From NCBI GenBank assembly GCA_964450435.1, contig CAYVCX010000004.1:32982-95956 (forward strand): DNA of 62,975 nucleotides, given 5' to 3'. The notes under the pieces are model-generated. The model was not told where the DNA came from and did no database searches. It saw nothing but the letters and a program-made list of their open reading frames with translations. A program made the position numbers and the translations under genes. This document shows, in pieces, positions 32,515 to 41,572 of the stretch (within the stretch, counting starts at the first letter, position 1; every line of letters begins with the position of its first letter). The stretch is from an uncultured Anaerolineales bacterium (GTDB lineage Bacteria; Chloroflexota; Anaerolineae; B4-G1).

Positions 32515-33663
32515 ATGGACTTCGCGTTCACTGAAGAGCAGCGAATGCTCCGCCGCATGGTGCGAGAGTTTGCGGAGAATGAGATTGCGCCGCGGGCAGA
32601 GGAAATCGACGCCAGCGACGAATTTCCCTTTGATATCTTTCATCGCATGGGCGAGGTGGGTCTGCTCGGACTGCCCTTCCCTGCGAGGTACGGTGGCTCA
32701 GACGCTGACTACCACACAATGGTCATCGCTCTCGAGGAAATCGCACGTGTCTCGGGCTCGATGGCCATTACCCTCGACGCGCACACGTCCCTGTGCTGCG
32801 AACCCATTTATCGCTTCGGCACAGACCAACAGCGAGCGAAGTACTTACTGCCTCTGGCCCAGGGTAACAAGATCGGAGCCTTTGGGCTCACTGAGCCCCA
32901 GGCTGGCTCGGACGCCGCAGCCACGAGCACGCGCGCTATTCGAGATCCCGACACGGGCGAGTGGGTGCTGAACGGTCAGAAGATCTTCATCACCAATGGC
33001 TCTATCGCCGATATAGTGGTGATCACGGCCAGCACCGAACCGGAGAAAGGTACCCGCGGTATCTCCGCCTTTATCGTCGAGAAGGGGACTCCCGGATTCA
33101 AGGCTGGACGGGACGAGAAGAAGATGGGACTGAAGGGCTCCGTGACCTCGGAGCTGTTCTTCGAGGACTGCCGGATTCCCGGGGCGAATCTCCTGGGGGC
33201 GGAGAACGAGGGCTTTAGACAATTCCTGATGACGCTGGATGCCGGTCGAATCGCCATCGCGGCCATGGCGATTGGGTTGGCACAAGGGGCGTACGAGCGG
33301 GCTGTAGACTACGCGAAGGAGCGGGAGCAGTTCGGGCAACCTATTGCCGATTTTCAGGCTATCCGGTGGATGATCGCCGATATGGCGACAGACATCGATG
33401 CTGCTCGCATGATGGTACACCGGGCGGCTTGGCTCAAGGAGCAAGAGCAGCGCTTCACGAAGGAGGCCTCGATGGCAAAGCTCTTCGCCACGGAGATGTC
33501 GGAGCGCGTGTGCCGCCAGGCAATTCAGATCCACGGCGGGTATGGCTACGTACGTGAGTACGAGGTCGAGCGCATGTACCGCGATCAACGGCTCTGCGCC
33601 ATCGGCGAGGGCACAAACGAAATCCAGCGACTGGTGATCTCCCGCGAGGTGCTCCGGGAGTAA
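32515..33663 (+). CDS. Acyl-CoA dehydrogenase (short/branched-chain type)
   Basis: FGLTEPQAGSD, NGQKIFITNG, KMGLKGS, QIHGGYGY, IGEGTNEIQR. Confidence 0.95.
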   Translation: MDFAFTEEQRMLRRMVREFAENEIAPRAEEIDASDEFPFDIFHRMGEVGLLGLPFPARYGGSDADYHTMVIALEEIARVSGSMAITLDAHTSLCCEPIYRFGTDQQRAKYLLPLAQGNKIGAFGLTEPQAGSDAAATSTRAIRDPDTGEWVLNGQKIFITNGSIADIVVITASTEPEKGTRGISAFIVEKGTPGFKAGRDEKKMGLKGSVTSELFFEDCRIPGANLLGAENEGFRQFLMTLDAGRIAIAAMAIGLAQGAYERAVDYAKEREQFGQPIADFQAIRWMIADMATDIDAARMMVHRAAWLKEQEQRFTKEASMAKLFATEMSERVCRQAIQIHGGYGYVREYEVERMYRDQRLCAIGEGTNEIQRLVISREVLRE

Positions 33664-33699
33664 TCTCCGTCGAATGCAGTCAATAGCAGGTCAGACAGG

Positions 33700-34524
33700 A
33701 TGAAGATCGGAGACAAGCTTTCATCGCGCTGCATCGAGGCGGCAATTCAAGACTCGCGATTCTGGCGTCGGCTTGTCTATCGGGATCAGATCGGGTCCAC
33801 GAACGATGCGGCGAAGGAGTTGGCCTCTCAAGGAGAGCCAGAAGGTGCCCTTGTAGTCGCAGAAGAGCAGACAGCGGGCCGGGGACGCTTGAGTCGACGC
33901 TGGATCGCACCGGCCAGGAGCAGTCTACTGTGCTCGATTCTGTTCAGGCCCAGCCTGTCGCCCCAACAGGCCCACCGTCTCACTATGCTTTGTTCCCTAG
34001 CAGCTGCCGACGCTGTCGAAGAAGTATCCGGATTATCAGTCGCCGTCAAGTGGCCGAACGACCTGGTCATCGTGTCGTCCAAGGCAGGGAGTGCCTCAGA
34101 GGACTGGCGCAAACTGGGTGGAATCCTGACTGAGCTGGAGATGGCCGGCGGATGCGTCGACTCCGTCGTCGTCGGTATCGGCCTAAACGTCAACGTACCG
34201 CCTTCCAGTCTCCAGAAACTGGCGCCAGACGCCACCAGCATTCTCGCTGAACTGGGGCACATGGCTGACCGAAGCACTCTCCTCATCGCGCTCCTTGACA
34301 ACGTGCAGATCAGGTATGAGAACCTCAGGAACGGATTGAGTCCTTGCAAAGAGTGGTCGGCACGACTGGTGACTCTGGGACAGCGCGTACGACTGGTCAC
34401 CAGCGGCGGCACGTTGCACGGAGTGGCCGAAGCTGTGGACGAGAACGGTGCGCTTCTTCTTCGGACGGCCGACGGAGTTCTCCATCGGCTGCTGACTGGA
34501 GATGCGACCTTGTCTCGGTCTTGA
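33700..34524 (+). CDS. birA: Biotin--protein ligase (no N-terminal HTH)
   Basis: STND, QTAGRGR, KWPND, KLGGIL, GIGLN. Confidence 0.92.
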   Translation: MKIGDKLSSRCIEAAIQDSRFWRRLVYRDQIGSTNDAAKELASQGEPEGALVVAEEQTAGRGRLSRRWIAPARSSLLCSILFRPSLSPQQAHRLTMLCSLAAADAVEEVSGLSVAVKWPNDLVIVSSKAGSASEDWRKLGGILTELEMAGGCVDSVVVGIGLNVNVPPSSLQKLAPDATSILAELGHMADRSTLLIALLDNVQIRYENLRNGLSPCKEWSARLVTLGQRVRLVTSGGTLHGVAEAVDENGALLLRTADGVLHRLLTGDATLSRS

Positions 34525-34724
34525 TGCCGCTCACCTCCTCGTCGACCAGGATCAAGTCTCCACTGGATATGGGAGCTTGAGTTCACCCTGGCGTCCGCGC
34601 GAATGCAAGCACTTGCGCCCGGTGCCCGCCTGCACCGCCCAACTCTGATCATATTCAGGGTAGCACGCGGTTGGGAAGCAAAGCAATTGCGTCGGCTCCG
34701 GATCTGATGTAGAATCCGCAGACC

Positions 34725-35213
34725 ATGGATCATCTCTGGGCTCCCTGGCGTCTGCCCTATCTGCAAGGCGAAGATCCGCTGCCCTCCGAGTGCCTCTTGT
34801 GCATCAAACCCCAGGAGCGCGATGCAGACGCCCACATCGTCCATCGCGGCGATCTGTGCTACGTAATCCTCAATCGGTTCCCCTACAACAACGGTCACGT
34901 GATGATTGCTCCCTACGCGCACGTGGCCACGCTCGAGGATCTGGAACCCGAGACCGCCGGGGAGCTGATGGCCCTCACGCAGCTAAGCCTGGGGGTGTTG
35001 CGAGACGCCTACGCGGCTGAGGGCTTCAACGTTGGGGCCAACATAGGCTCAGCAGCAGGTGCCGGGGTGGCTGATCACGTTCATGTGCACGTGGTGCCCC
35101 GCTGGGCCGGCGACACGAACTATATGAGCACGGTGGGCAGGACGCGTGTGATCCCCGAGTTGATGGACCAGACGTACGCGCAGCTGCGCCCTCTGTTCGA
35201 GGAAAGAGGGTAG
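34725..35213 (+). CDS. HIT-family hydrolase (Ap4A phosphorylase-like)
   Basis: LWAPWR, NRFPYNNGH, HVHVHVVPRW.GD.N. Confidence 0.92.
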   Translation: MDHLWAPWRLPYLQGEDPLPSECLLCIKPQERDADAHIVHRGDLCYVILNRFPYNNGHVMIAPYAHVATLEDLEPETAGELMALTQLSLGVLRDAYAAEGFNVGANIGSAAGAGVADHVHVHVVPRWAGDTNYMSTVGRTRVIPELMDQTYAQLRPLFEERG

Positions 35214-35398
35214 CTCTTCACCGCCATTTGGCAGAAGGGTCAGGCTGCTGGACTGTCAACCAGGATAGGCTGGAGAGATCAGCAGAGCGGAAAGGCAGAC
35301 GGCACCGCGTAGCGCAGCCGGCACTGCGACACGCATTGCGGCACGCACTACGGAAGGTATTCTACGTCACTCAACACATTGAAAGGGAGAGAATCGAT

Positions 35399-36604
35399 AT
35401 GTCGAACACCTCTACGAGAAGCCCGCGTGACGCCGTCATAGTGTCCGCGGCACGCACCCCTATCGGCAAGTTCAACGGCACCCTCACTCCCCTCTCGGCC
35501 TCGGACCTGGGCGCAGTGGCGGTCCGGGCGGCGGTGGAGCGGGCCGGCGTCGCTCCCGCCGCTATTGACGAGATTCTGATAGGCAACGTCGTCCAGGCCG
35601 GGCAGGGGCAGGCTCCCGCCCGGCAGGCCGGGATCAAGGCCGGCATTCCCGCCTCGGTGGGTGCGACTACCATCAACAAAGTCTGCGGATCCGGCCTAAA
35701 GGGTGTGATGCTGGCCGCCGCGATGATCGCCGCCGGGGACGGCGACATTTTCGTCGCCGCCGGTATGGAGAGTATGAACAACGGCCCTTACCTGCTTGAC
35801 CGGGCGCGCTTCGGGTACCGGCTGGGCAACGGTGACCTGGTCGACGGAATGGTTCACGATGGCTTGTGGTGCTCCTTCGAGGACCACCACATGGGCAACT
35901 CCGCTGAGTGGATTGCCCGCGAGTATGATCTGAAGCGGGAGGAGCTGGACGCGTTCGCGTATCAGAGCCATATGAAGGCAATCAAGGCAATCGACGCGGG
36001 CCGCTTCGAGCAGGAGATCGTCCCGGTGGAGGTGCCGCAGCGGCGGGGGGATGCACTGATGTTCGACACCGACGAGTGCCCCCGGCGGGACACATCCGTG
36101 GAGGCCCTGGCCCGCCTGAGGCCGGTCTTCGATCGCGACGGGATCGTGACCGCGGGAAACTCGCCCGGCATTACGGACGGGGCCGCGGCTACGGTGGTGA
36201 TGCGCCGCGGCGAGGCGGAGGCGCTGGGGATCGAGCCCCTGGCGCGGATCGTGGCATACGATCAGGCAGCGGTCGACCCGCTCAAGGTGTTCACCGCCCC
36301 GATCTATGCGGTGCGAAAGCTGCTGGAGAGGACGGGGACGGCGGTCGATGACTACGACCTGTTTGAAGTCAATGAGGCGTTCGCGGCCCAGATGGTCGCG
36401 GACATGCGGGCGCTCGACCTGCCGGAGGAGAAAGTGAACGTCAACGGGGGTGCCATTGCGCTGGGCCATCCGATCGGCTGCTCCGGGACGCGGGTGCTCG
36501 TGACGCTGATCTACGCGTTGAGAGACCGTGGGATGGCACGCGGCCTGGCCACGCTGTGCCTGGGTGGCGGCGGCGCCGTGGCTATGGCGATCGAGTTGGA
36601 GTGA
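35399..36604 (+). CDS. atoB: Acetyl-CoA C-acetyltransferase (canonical thiolase)
   Basis: RTPIG, NKVCGSG, NEAF, GHPIG, CLGGG all intact; ATG 35399 after GGGAG. Confidence 0.92.
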   Translation: MSNTSTRSPRDAVIVSAARTPIGKFNGTLTPLSASDLGAVAVRAAVERAGVAPAAIDEILIGNVVQAGQGQAPARQAGIKAGIPASVGATTINKVCGSGLKGVMLAAAMIAAGDGDIFVAAGMESMNNGPYLLDRARFGYRLGNGDLVDGMVHDGLWCSFEDHHMGNSAEWIAREYDLKREELDAFAYQSHMKAIKAIDAGRFEQEIVPVEVPQRRGDALMFDTDECPRRDTSVEALARLRPVFDRDGIVTAGNSPGITDGAAATVVMRRGEAEALGIEPLARIVAYDQAAVDPLKVFTAPIYAVRKLLERTGTAVDDYDLFEVNEAFAAQMVADMRALDLPEEKVNVNGGAIALGHPIGCSGTRVLVTLIYALRDRGMARGLATLCLGGGGAVAMAIELE

Positions 36605-36616
36605 GAGGGAGGTATT

Positions 36617-37468
36617 ATGGGCATCGAACACATCGCCGTCGTCGGTGCAGGGACGATGGGCCACGGCATCGCCCAGGTCTGCGCCACGACCGGCTATGAA
36701 GTCACACTGATCGACATCGACGCGGATCAGCTGGCACGCGCGCTCGGGTCGATCAAACGCTCGGTCGAGAAACTCCACAGGAAGGGACGCCTGACGGACG
36801 AGGAGCGAGAGGCGGGATTGCAGAACGTCACCACCTCGACGGAGCTGCAGGCGGCTGCCGACGCCCACTTTGCGGTCGAGGCCGTGGTCGAGAACGTGGC
36901 GGTGAAAAAGAAGGTCTTCGGCCAGCTCGACGAGCTGACGCGGCCCGGTGTGATTCTGGCCAGCAATACATCGTCGATCTCGCTGACCGAGCTGGGCGCG
37001 GCGACGGAGCGGGCGGACCGGGTGATCGGCATGCACTTTATGAACCCGGTGCCGCTGATGAAGCTCGTCGAGGTGATCCGCGGCCTCGACACATCCGACG
37101 AGACGACGAAGCAGACGTTGGAACTCGCGGCTGCACTGGGGAAGACGCCGGTAGAGGCGGAGGACTACCCAGGGTTCATCTCCAACCGCATCCTGTGCCC
37201 CATGCTTAACGAGGCAGCATACGCGCTGATGGAAGGGGTGGGTACGAAGGAGGCCATCGACACGGTGATGAAGCTGGGTATGAACCACCCCATGGGGCCG
37301 CTGGAACTTGCCGATCTGATCGGCCTGGACATACTGCTGGATGTGATGGAAGTACTCCATGCAGGGCTAGGCGATGACAAGTACCGCCCGTGCCCATTGG
37401 TGAGGCGTATGGTCGCCGCCGGGCACCTGGGCAGGAAGACCGGGAGGGGGTTCTACGACTACGCTTAG
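36617..37468 (+). CDS. hbd: 3-hydroxybutyryl-CoA dehydrogenase
   Basis: GAGTMGHGIAQ, SNTSS, GMHFMNP, GFISNR, PMGPL.LAD.IGLD. Confidence 0.95.
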   Translation: MGIEHIAVVGAGTMGHGIAQVCATTGYEVTLIDIDADQLARALGSIKRSVEKLHRKGRLTDEEREAGLQNVTTSTELQAAADAHFAVEAVVENVAVKKKVFGQLDELTRPGVILASNTSSISLTELGAATERADRVIGMHFMNPVPLMKLVEVIRGLDTSDETTKQTLELAAALGKTPVEAEDYPGFISNRILCPMLNEAAYALMEGVGTKEAIDTVMKLGMNHPMGPLELADLIGLDILLDVMEVLHAGLGDDKYRPCPLVRRMVAAGHLGRKTGRGFYDYA

Positions 37469-37870
37469 CGACGAGGGGAAATGTGTCCGTCGTCGCAACA
37501 GGTTTGGCTCCCGTGGTTCGTCTGCTTCGTTTATGGCAGTGCCCGAACGCTGTACTCTAGCACTCGCCACCAGCTACGGCTCACGCCGGCGCGCCTCGCC
37601 GCACAAGCGGGACAGCGCCGGTCGTCTCGGGCAACGAGCCGGCGCTCCGGCCTTTTCTGCCTGCTCCGGGAGACGAGGCCTCCAGGCAGAAGATTCTATC
37701 AGGGTCACAGCCAGCCGCCCCGCACCCAGCAGGGCTCGGATACCTGGCGTGCGCGTGAGGAGCAAGGGAGCGGGAGCGGTTCTGTTGCTGGCAGCCGCGG
37801 CGCCGCGGCCGGCTGACCCTGTGATGAGATCGTGGTAGACCTAGAAGCCACAGCCTAGTGAGGTACAACC

Positions 37871-38884
37871 ATGGACACCGATTCGCACGTTCACGTCGCG
37901 GTGGTACAGGCAGCCCCTGTGCTGTTCAACCGCGACGCGACAGTTGACAAAGCCTGCAAGCTGATCCGCGAAGCTGGTTCCAGGGGGGCCGAGTTTGTGC
38001 TCTTCCCGGAGAGCTTCATCCCCTGCTACCCGCGGGGGTTGAGCTTTGGCATGGTCGTCGGAAGCCGAAGCCCTGAAGGGCGGTCCCTGTGGCAGCGATA
38101 TTGGGATAACAGTGTCTGCGTTCCCGGTTCTGCGACAGACGCTCTCGGGCAGGCTGCATACGAGGCGCACGTGTACGTGGCCATCGGTGTCACAGAGCGC
38201 GAGATCGACTTCAGCGGAGGAACCCTCTACTGCACCCTGGTGTACTTCGGGCCGAGCGGGCGCCTGTTGGGCAAGCACCGGAAGCTCCAACCAACCGGCG
38301 CGGAGCGCCTCATCTGGGGACAGGGCGATGGCAGCACGCTCGTTGTTCTGGATACAGACCTGGGCAAGATAGGCGGGCTGATCTGCTGGGAGAACTACAT
38401 GCCGTCCGCTCGGACGGCTCTGTACGCGAAAGGTGTTGAGATTTACCTCGCCCCCACCGCCGATGCTCGGGACACGTGGCAGGCCACGCTGCGTCACATC
38501 GCTTGCGAAGGCCGCTGCTTCGTCCTCGGCTGCAATCAGTTTGTGACCCAGGACATGTACCCGGCTGACCTACCGATGCGCGGCGAGCTGGAGAAGCAGC
38601 CCCAGGTGATGTGTCGTGGTGGGAGCGTGATCTTGTCGCCCCTCGGAACCGTCCTCGCCGGGCCTCTCTACGATGAGGAGGGCATGCTCTACGCCGAGCT
38701 CAGCAGGGACGACTTGATTCGAAGCAAGGTCGATTTCGACGTGGTCGGTCACTATGCGCGCCCCGATGTCTTCCGGTTGATTGTCGATGAGGAACCCAAG
38801 CCACCCATCGACATTAGATCGATGCCCGGTGAGCCCGCGTCGCGCGGACAACAGGCTTCGTCCAATCATCCGGAAGAACCCTAG
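37871..38884 (+). CDS. Nitrilase / carbon-nitrogen hydrolase
   Basis: E-K-C triad: FPES, HRKL.PT, ICWENYMP; GHYARPD. Confidence 0.92.
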   Translation: MDTDSHVHVAVVQAAPVLFNRDATVDKACKLIREAGSRGAEFVLFPESFIPCYPRGLSFGMVVGSRSPEGRSLWQRYWDNSVCVPGSATDALGQAAYEAHVYVAIGVTEREIDFSGGTLYCTLVYFGPSGRLLGKHRKLQPTGAERLIWGQGDGSTLVVLDTDLGKIGGLICWENYMPSARTALYAKGVEIYLAPTADARDTWQATLRHIACEGRCFVLGCNQFVTQDMYPADLPMRGELEKQPQVMCRGGSVILSPLGTVLAGPLYDEEGMLYAELSRDDLIRSKVDFDVVGHYARPDVFRLIVDEEPKPPIDIRSMPGEPASRGQQASSNHPEEP

Positions 38885-38972
38885 CCGATCCACCGGACTG
38901 GCCTATCCGCGACGAAACCAATCCCCCGCTCCGCTTGCGCTTTTCTGGAGACATGGTATATTGGTTGTCGAC

Positions 38973-39118
38973 AACCCTGCTGTGTTCGTGACAGCCGACT
39001 GCGTTTTGAGCCAACACCTATCAGATAGGGAGCTGTAGTCTCCCCGGGAGGCCGGGGAGCAGGCACCCACTTACGAGCAGAGGCTCAACACACAAACGGC
39101 GCACGGCATGGCGGGGTT
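38973..39118 (+). ncRNA. ssrS: 6S RNA
   Basis: Closing stem AACCCTGC/GCGGGGTT; GTGTTCG, TTGAGCC/GGCTCAA, GGGAGC, GGCACCCAC and CGGCA elements as in Gram-positive 6S; own promoter TTGCGC-N16-TATATT at 38935-38962. Confidence 0.85.
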
Positions 39119-39163
39119 TCACTCAAGTGTGAGCCTCCTGGCGGCAGTTGCATTTCTTCGTGC

Positions 39164-39192
39164 TTGACCTCGGCACTCTTCTGTGCTATCCT
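39164..39192 (+). promoter_or_regulatory. Sigma70-type promoter
   Basis: TTGACC-N17-TATCCT with TG at the extended -10 position. Confidence 0.6.
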
Positions 39193-39244
39193 CTTGTAGA
39201 TTTCGTCTCCATTGCAGCGTCAATAAAGCAACGCGAGGTACACC

Positions 39245-40075
39245 ATGCTCCGTGAACGGGTATCTGACAATATCTATGTCTTCACCAGCGACCTGTATGC
39301 TCAGGTGACCGCCGGGGCGATCGTGACCCCGCAGGGCACGATTCTCGTCGACAGCCTCCCGTTTCCCGAGGAAACGAACGAGATGGCATCGTTCCTCCCG
39401 AGGGTCTCCGCGGAGGGGGTGAGATACGTGATTCTAACCCACTATCACGCCGACCACGCCTACGGCACCTATCTGTTTCCCGAGGCCGACCTCATTTGCC
39501 ACAGCCTCTGCCGACGGTTCCTGGAAGAGCGGGGACGTCCGGCACTCACCGAGGCGAAGAGGCAGGAACCCCTGCTCGAAGAAGTTGAGCTTCGTCTCCC
39601 TGACGTCACGTTCAAGGGAAGGGAGATGGCAGTACAGCTCGCAGAGCAGATTGTTCGGTTGATCTGGGCTCCCGGGCATACGAAAGATCTGGTCATGGTC
39701 TACGTGGAGGATGAGCAAGTCCTATTTGCCTCGGACACTATGATGCCAGTGCCGTCGATCGTGGACGGTGACATTGCGGCATTCCGCCAGTCTTTGAAGC
39801 GAATCAAGGGCTTGGAGATAGACAATGTGGTACAGGGTCACGGCGAGGTCGTGCTGGTGGGCGAGGTCGACAAGGCCGTCGCTGCCAGCCTGGATTATCT
39901 GGATGCCGTGGAGGAAAAAGTGACGGAAGCTATCCAAAGCGGCGAGGGCAAGTTCGCCTTGCGCGAAGACGATATCGAGTCCACGGGTTTGTCGCGTCTT
40001 CCGCTTCAGGGACAGGTGCAGCAAATCCATGTGTCAAACCTCCTGGCCCTTTATGATCGCCGGTCTTCAAGATGA
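39245..40075 (+). CDS. MBL-fold metallohydrolase (cyclase/glyoxalase II-like)
   Basis: THYHADH, PGHT, ASD, GHG. Confidence 0.88.
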   Translation: MLRERVSDNIYVFTSDLYAQVTAGAIVTPQGTILVDSLPFPEETNEMASFLPRVSAEGVRYVILTHYHADHAYGTYLFPEADLICHSLCRRFLEERGRPALTEAKRQEPLLEEVELRLPDVTFKGREMAVQLAEQIVRLIWAPGHTKDLVMVYVEDEQVLFASDTMMPVPSIVDGDIAAFRQSLKRIKGLEIDNVVQGHGEVVLVGEVDKAVAASLDYLDAVEEKVTEAIQSGEGKFALREDDIESTGLSRLPLQGQVQQIHVSNLLALYDRRSSR

Positions 40076-40632
40076 ACGAGAGTATCGAGCGCATCCTGTC
40101 GGCCATCGCTTCCCTGTCCGACGAAGAACGAGAACAGCTCTTCAACCGACTAACGAGCAGGTGGTCAGTGGCGTCACCGACCCAACGCGCGATGTCCCTG
40201 AGCTTCGAGGCTAACGAACTGGAGGGCACTCCTGACTACACGATCGTCTTCGACGGCGGCAGCCGGGGGAATCCTGGCCCGGGATATGGGAGCTATGCCG
40301 TTATGCGTCGATCAGGGCGGAAGAAGAAGGTCATCCGGCTTGACTTCGATCGAGAGATGACGAACAACGAGGCGGAGTATGAAACTCTCATCGCCGCGCT
40401 CCGCGGGCTGATCGAGCTCATTGAACTGGCCGGCCGATCCTCAGGAGATTTCTCTGTCGAGATTCGAGGAGACAGCAAACTGGTACTCAACCAAGTCGCA
40501 GGTAGGTGGAAAGCGAAAGATGATCGTATGCGGGCCCTGCGGAATCGAGCTCGCAACCTTCTGGCCCGTTTCGACGCGCACCGGCTGACACACCAGGACC
40601 GTGAACAAAGTGTGCGCATCCTCGGACACTGA
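40072..40632 (+). CDS. rnhA: Ribonuclease HI family protein
   Basis: FDGGSRGNPGP, TNNEAEY, GDSKLV.NQ..G.WK. Confidence 0.85.
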   Translation: MNESIERILSAIASLSDEEREQLFNRLTSRWSVASPTQRAMSLSFEANELEGTPDYTIVFDGGSRGNPGPGYGSYAVMRRSGRKKKVIRLDFDREMTNNEAEYETLIAALRGLIELIELAGRSSGDFSVEIRGDSKLVLNQVAGRWKAKDDRMRALRNRARNLLARFDAHRLTHQDREQSVRILGH

Positions 40633-40651
40633 GAGTCTCTGTCACGGGGGC

Positions 40652-40679
40652 TTGACAGGGCCTAGTTCTGTGGCATAAT
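40652..40679 (+). promoter_or_regulatory. Promoter of the T-box/ileS operon
   Basis: TTGACA-N16-CATAAT with TG. Confidence 0.7.
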
Positions 40680-40694
40680 CTGAGACGCGATCGA

Positions 40695-41024
40695 AAGGCT
40701 ATGATGGAGACGAGTAGGCGCGGTACGCCGCCTTAGCGAGTCCGGGGTTGGTGAGAGCCGGGCGCGGAGCCCCCGCCGAAAATCACTCCGGAGCCGCTGG
40801 CTGAACGGTAGGTAGGTCGGCACACTGGTAGATGGTAGATCCGTGGTTGGCTTGCCAGTCTAGCACGACCAACAGACCGACCCACTAAGCCCAGACGGGT
40901 TCGGTACCCGTTATCAGCGACGCGGCGATGTTGGTCGCCGGCCGAGAGGCCCCGCATGCGGGGCAAGATAGGGTGGTACCGCGGGAGGTTGTGACTCTCG
41001 TCCCTTACGGGACGGGGGTTTTTC
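40695..41024 (+). promoter_or_regulatory. Isoleucine T-box riboswitch with intrinsic terminator
   Basis: Stem I with AGTAG, AGCGAG and GGTGAGA motifs; specifier GAAA-ATC-A (ATC = Ile, 40782-40784); T-box GGGTGGTACCGCG (40971-40983); terminator CTCTCGTCCC-TTAC-GGGACGGGGG-TTTTT. Confidence 0.93.
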
Positions 41025-41045
41025 GTTTTCTGGAGGTAGCTGACC

Positions 41046-41540
41046 ATGGACTTTGTGATTCGGCCTGCGACTGAGAATGATCTGCCGGAGATGCTCCGGC
41101 TCTGGCGGGAGATGATGGACTCCCACGCCCGTTGGGACGATCGCTTCTGTCCCAGGCCCTCGCCCGAGGCCGAAGGGGCCTGGGGCAGCTATCTCCGCGA
41201 GACAATCTGGGACAGCGATGGATGGTGCCTCTTTGTGGCGGAGGGGGACGACGGGTTACTCGGTCAAATCGCGGGCGACTTGCGCGAACCGGCGCCGGTC
41301 TTCGAGCCCGACACCTATGGCTACGTCACCGATATGGTCGTGGATCCCGGCGCGAGAAGACAGGGTATTGGCAAGGCCCTGTTTAGCGCCCTGGAGGAAT
41401 GGTTCCAAGAAAGAGGTGCGACGCATCTTTAACTCCAAGTACTTGCGAGCAACCGTGCCTCGCAGGCGTTCTGGCGCGCGGTGGGCTGCACTGACTACTC
41501 TCATATGATGTGGTACGAGTTGGAAGAGGACAATGACTAA
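41046..41540 (+). pseudogene. GNAT acetyltransferase interrupted by an in-frame TAA at 41430-41432
   Basis: IRPAT..D, V.P..RRQGIGKAL; past the stop the frame continues LQVLASNRASQAFWRAVG (GNAT motif B) to TAA 41538-41540. Confidence 0.85.
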
Positions 41541-41572
41541 TTTGCCTGCAGGGATAATCCAAAGGAGGCGAG

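Noticed and set aside
35321-35356. Degenerate 12-bp tandem repeat (GCACTGCGACAC/GCATTGCGGCAC/GCACTACGGAAG) upstream of the thiolase
   Set aside because: Only about three imperfect units; could be chance or local slippage, and no function is supportable
35696-37360. 554-aa minus-strand ORF and similar long antisense ORFs (e.g. 5323-6201, 14256-15167, 26651-27697, 33828-34922)
   Set aside because: Shadow ORFs opposite well-supported genes in GC-rich DNA, with no recognisable motifs
35399-37468. Thiolase-hbd pair looks more GC-rich than its neighbours (possible recent acquisition)
   Set aside because: Visual impression only; needs a GC3/codon-usage calculation, and no mobility signatures flank it
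41430-41432. Programmed stop readthrough (Sec/Pyl) in the GNAT gene
   Set aside because: The codon is TAA, not TGA or TAG, and other genes here terminate normally at TAA
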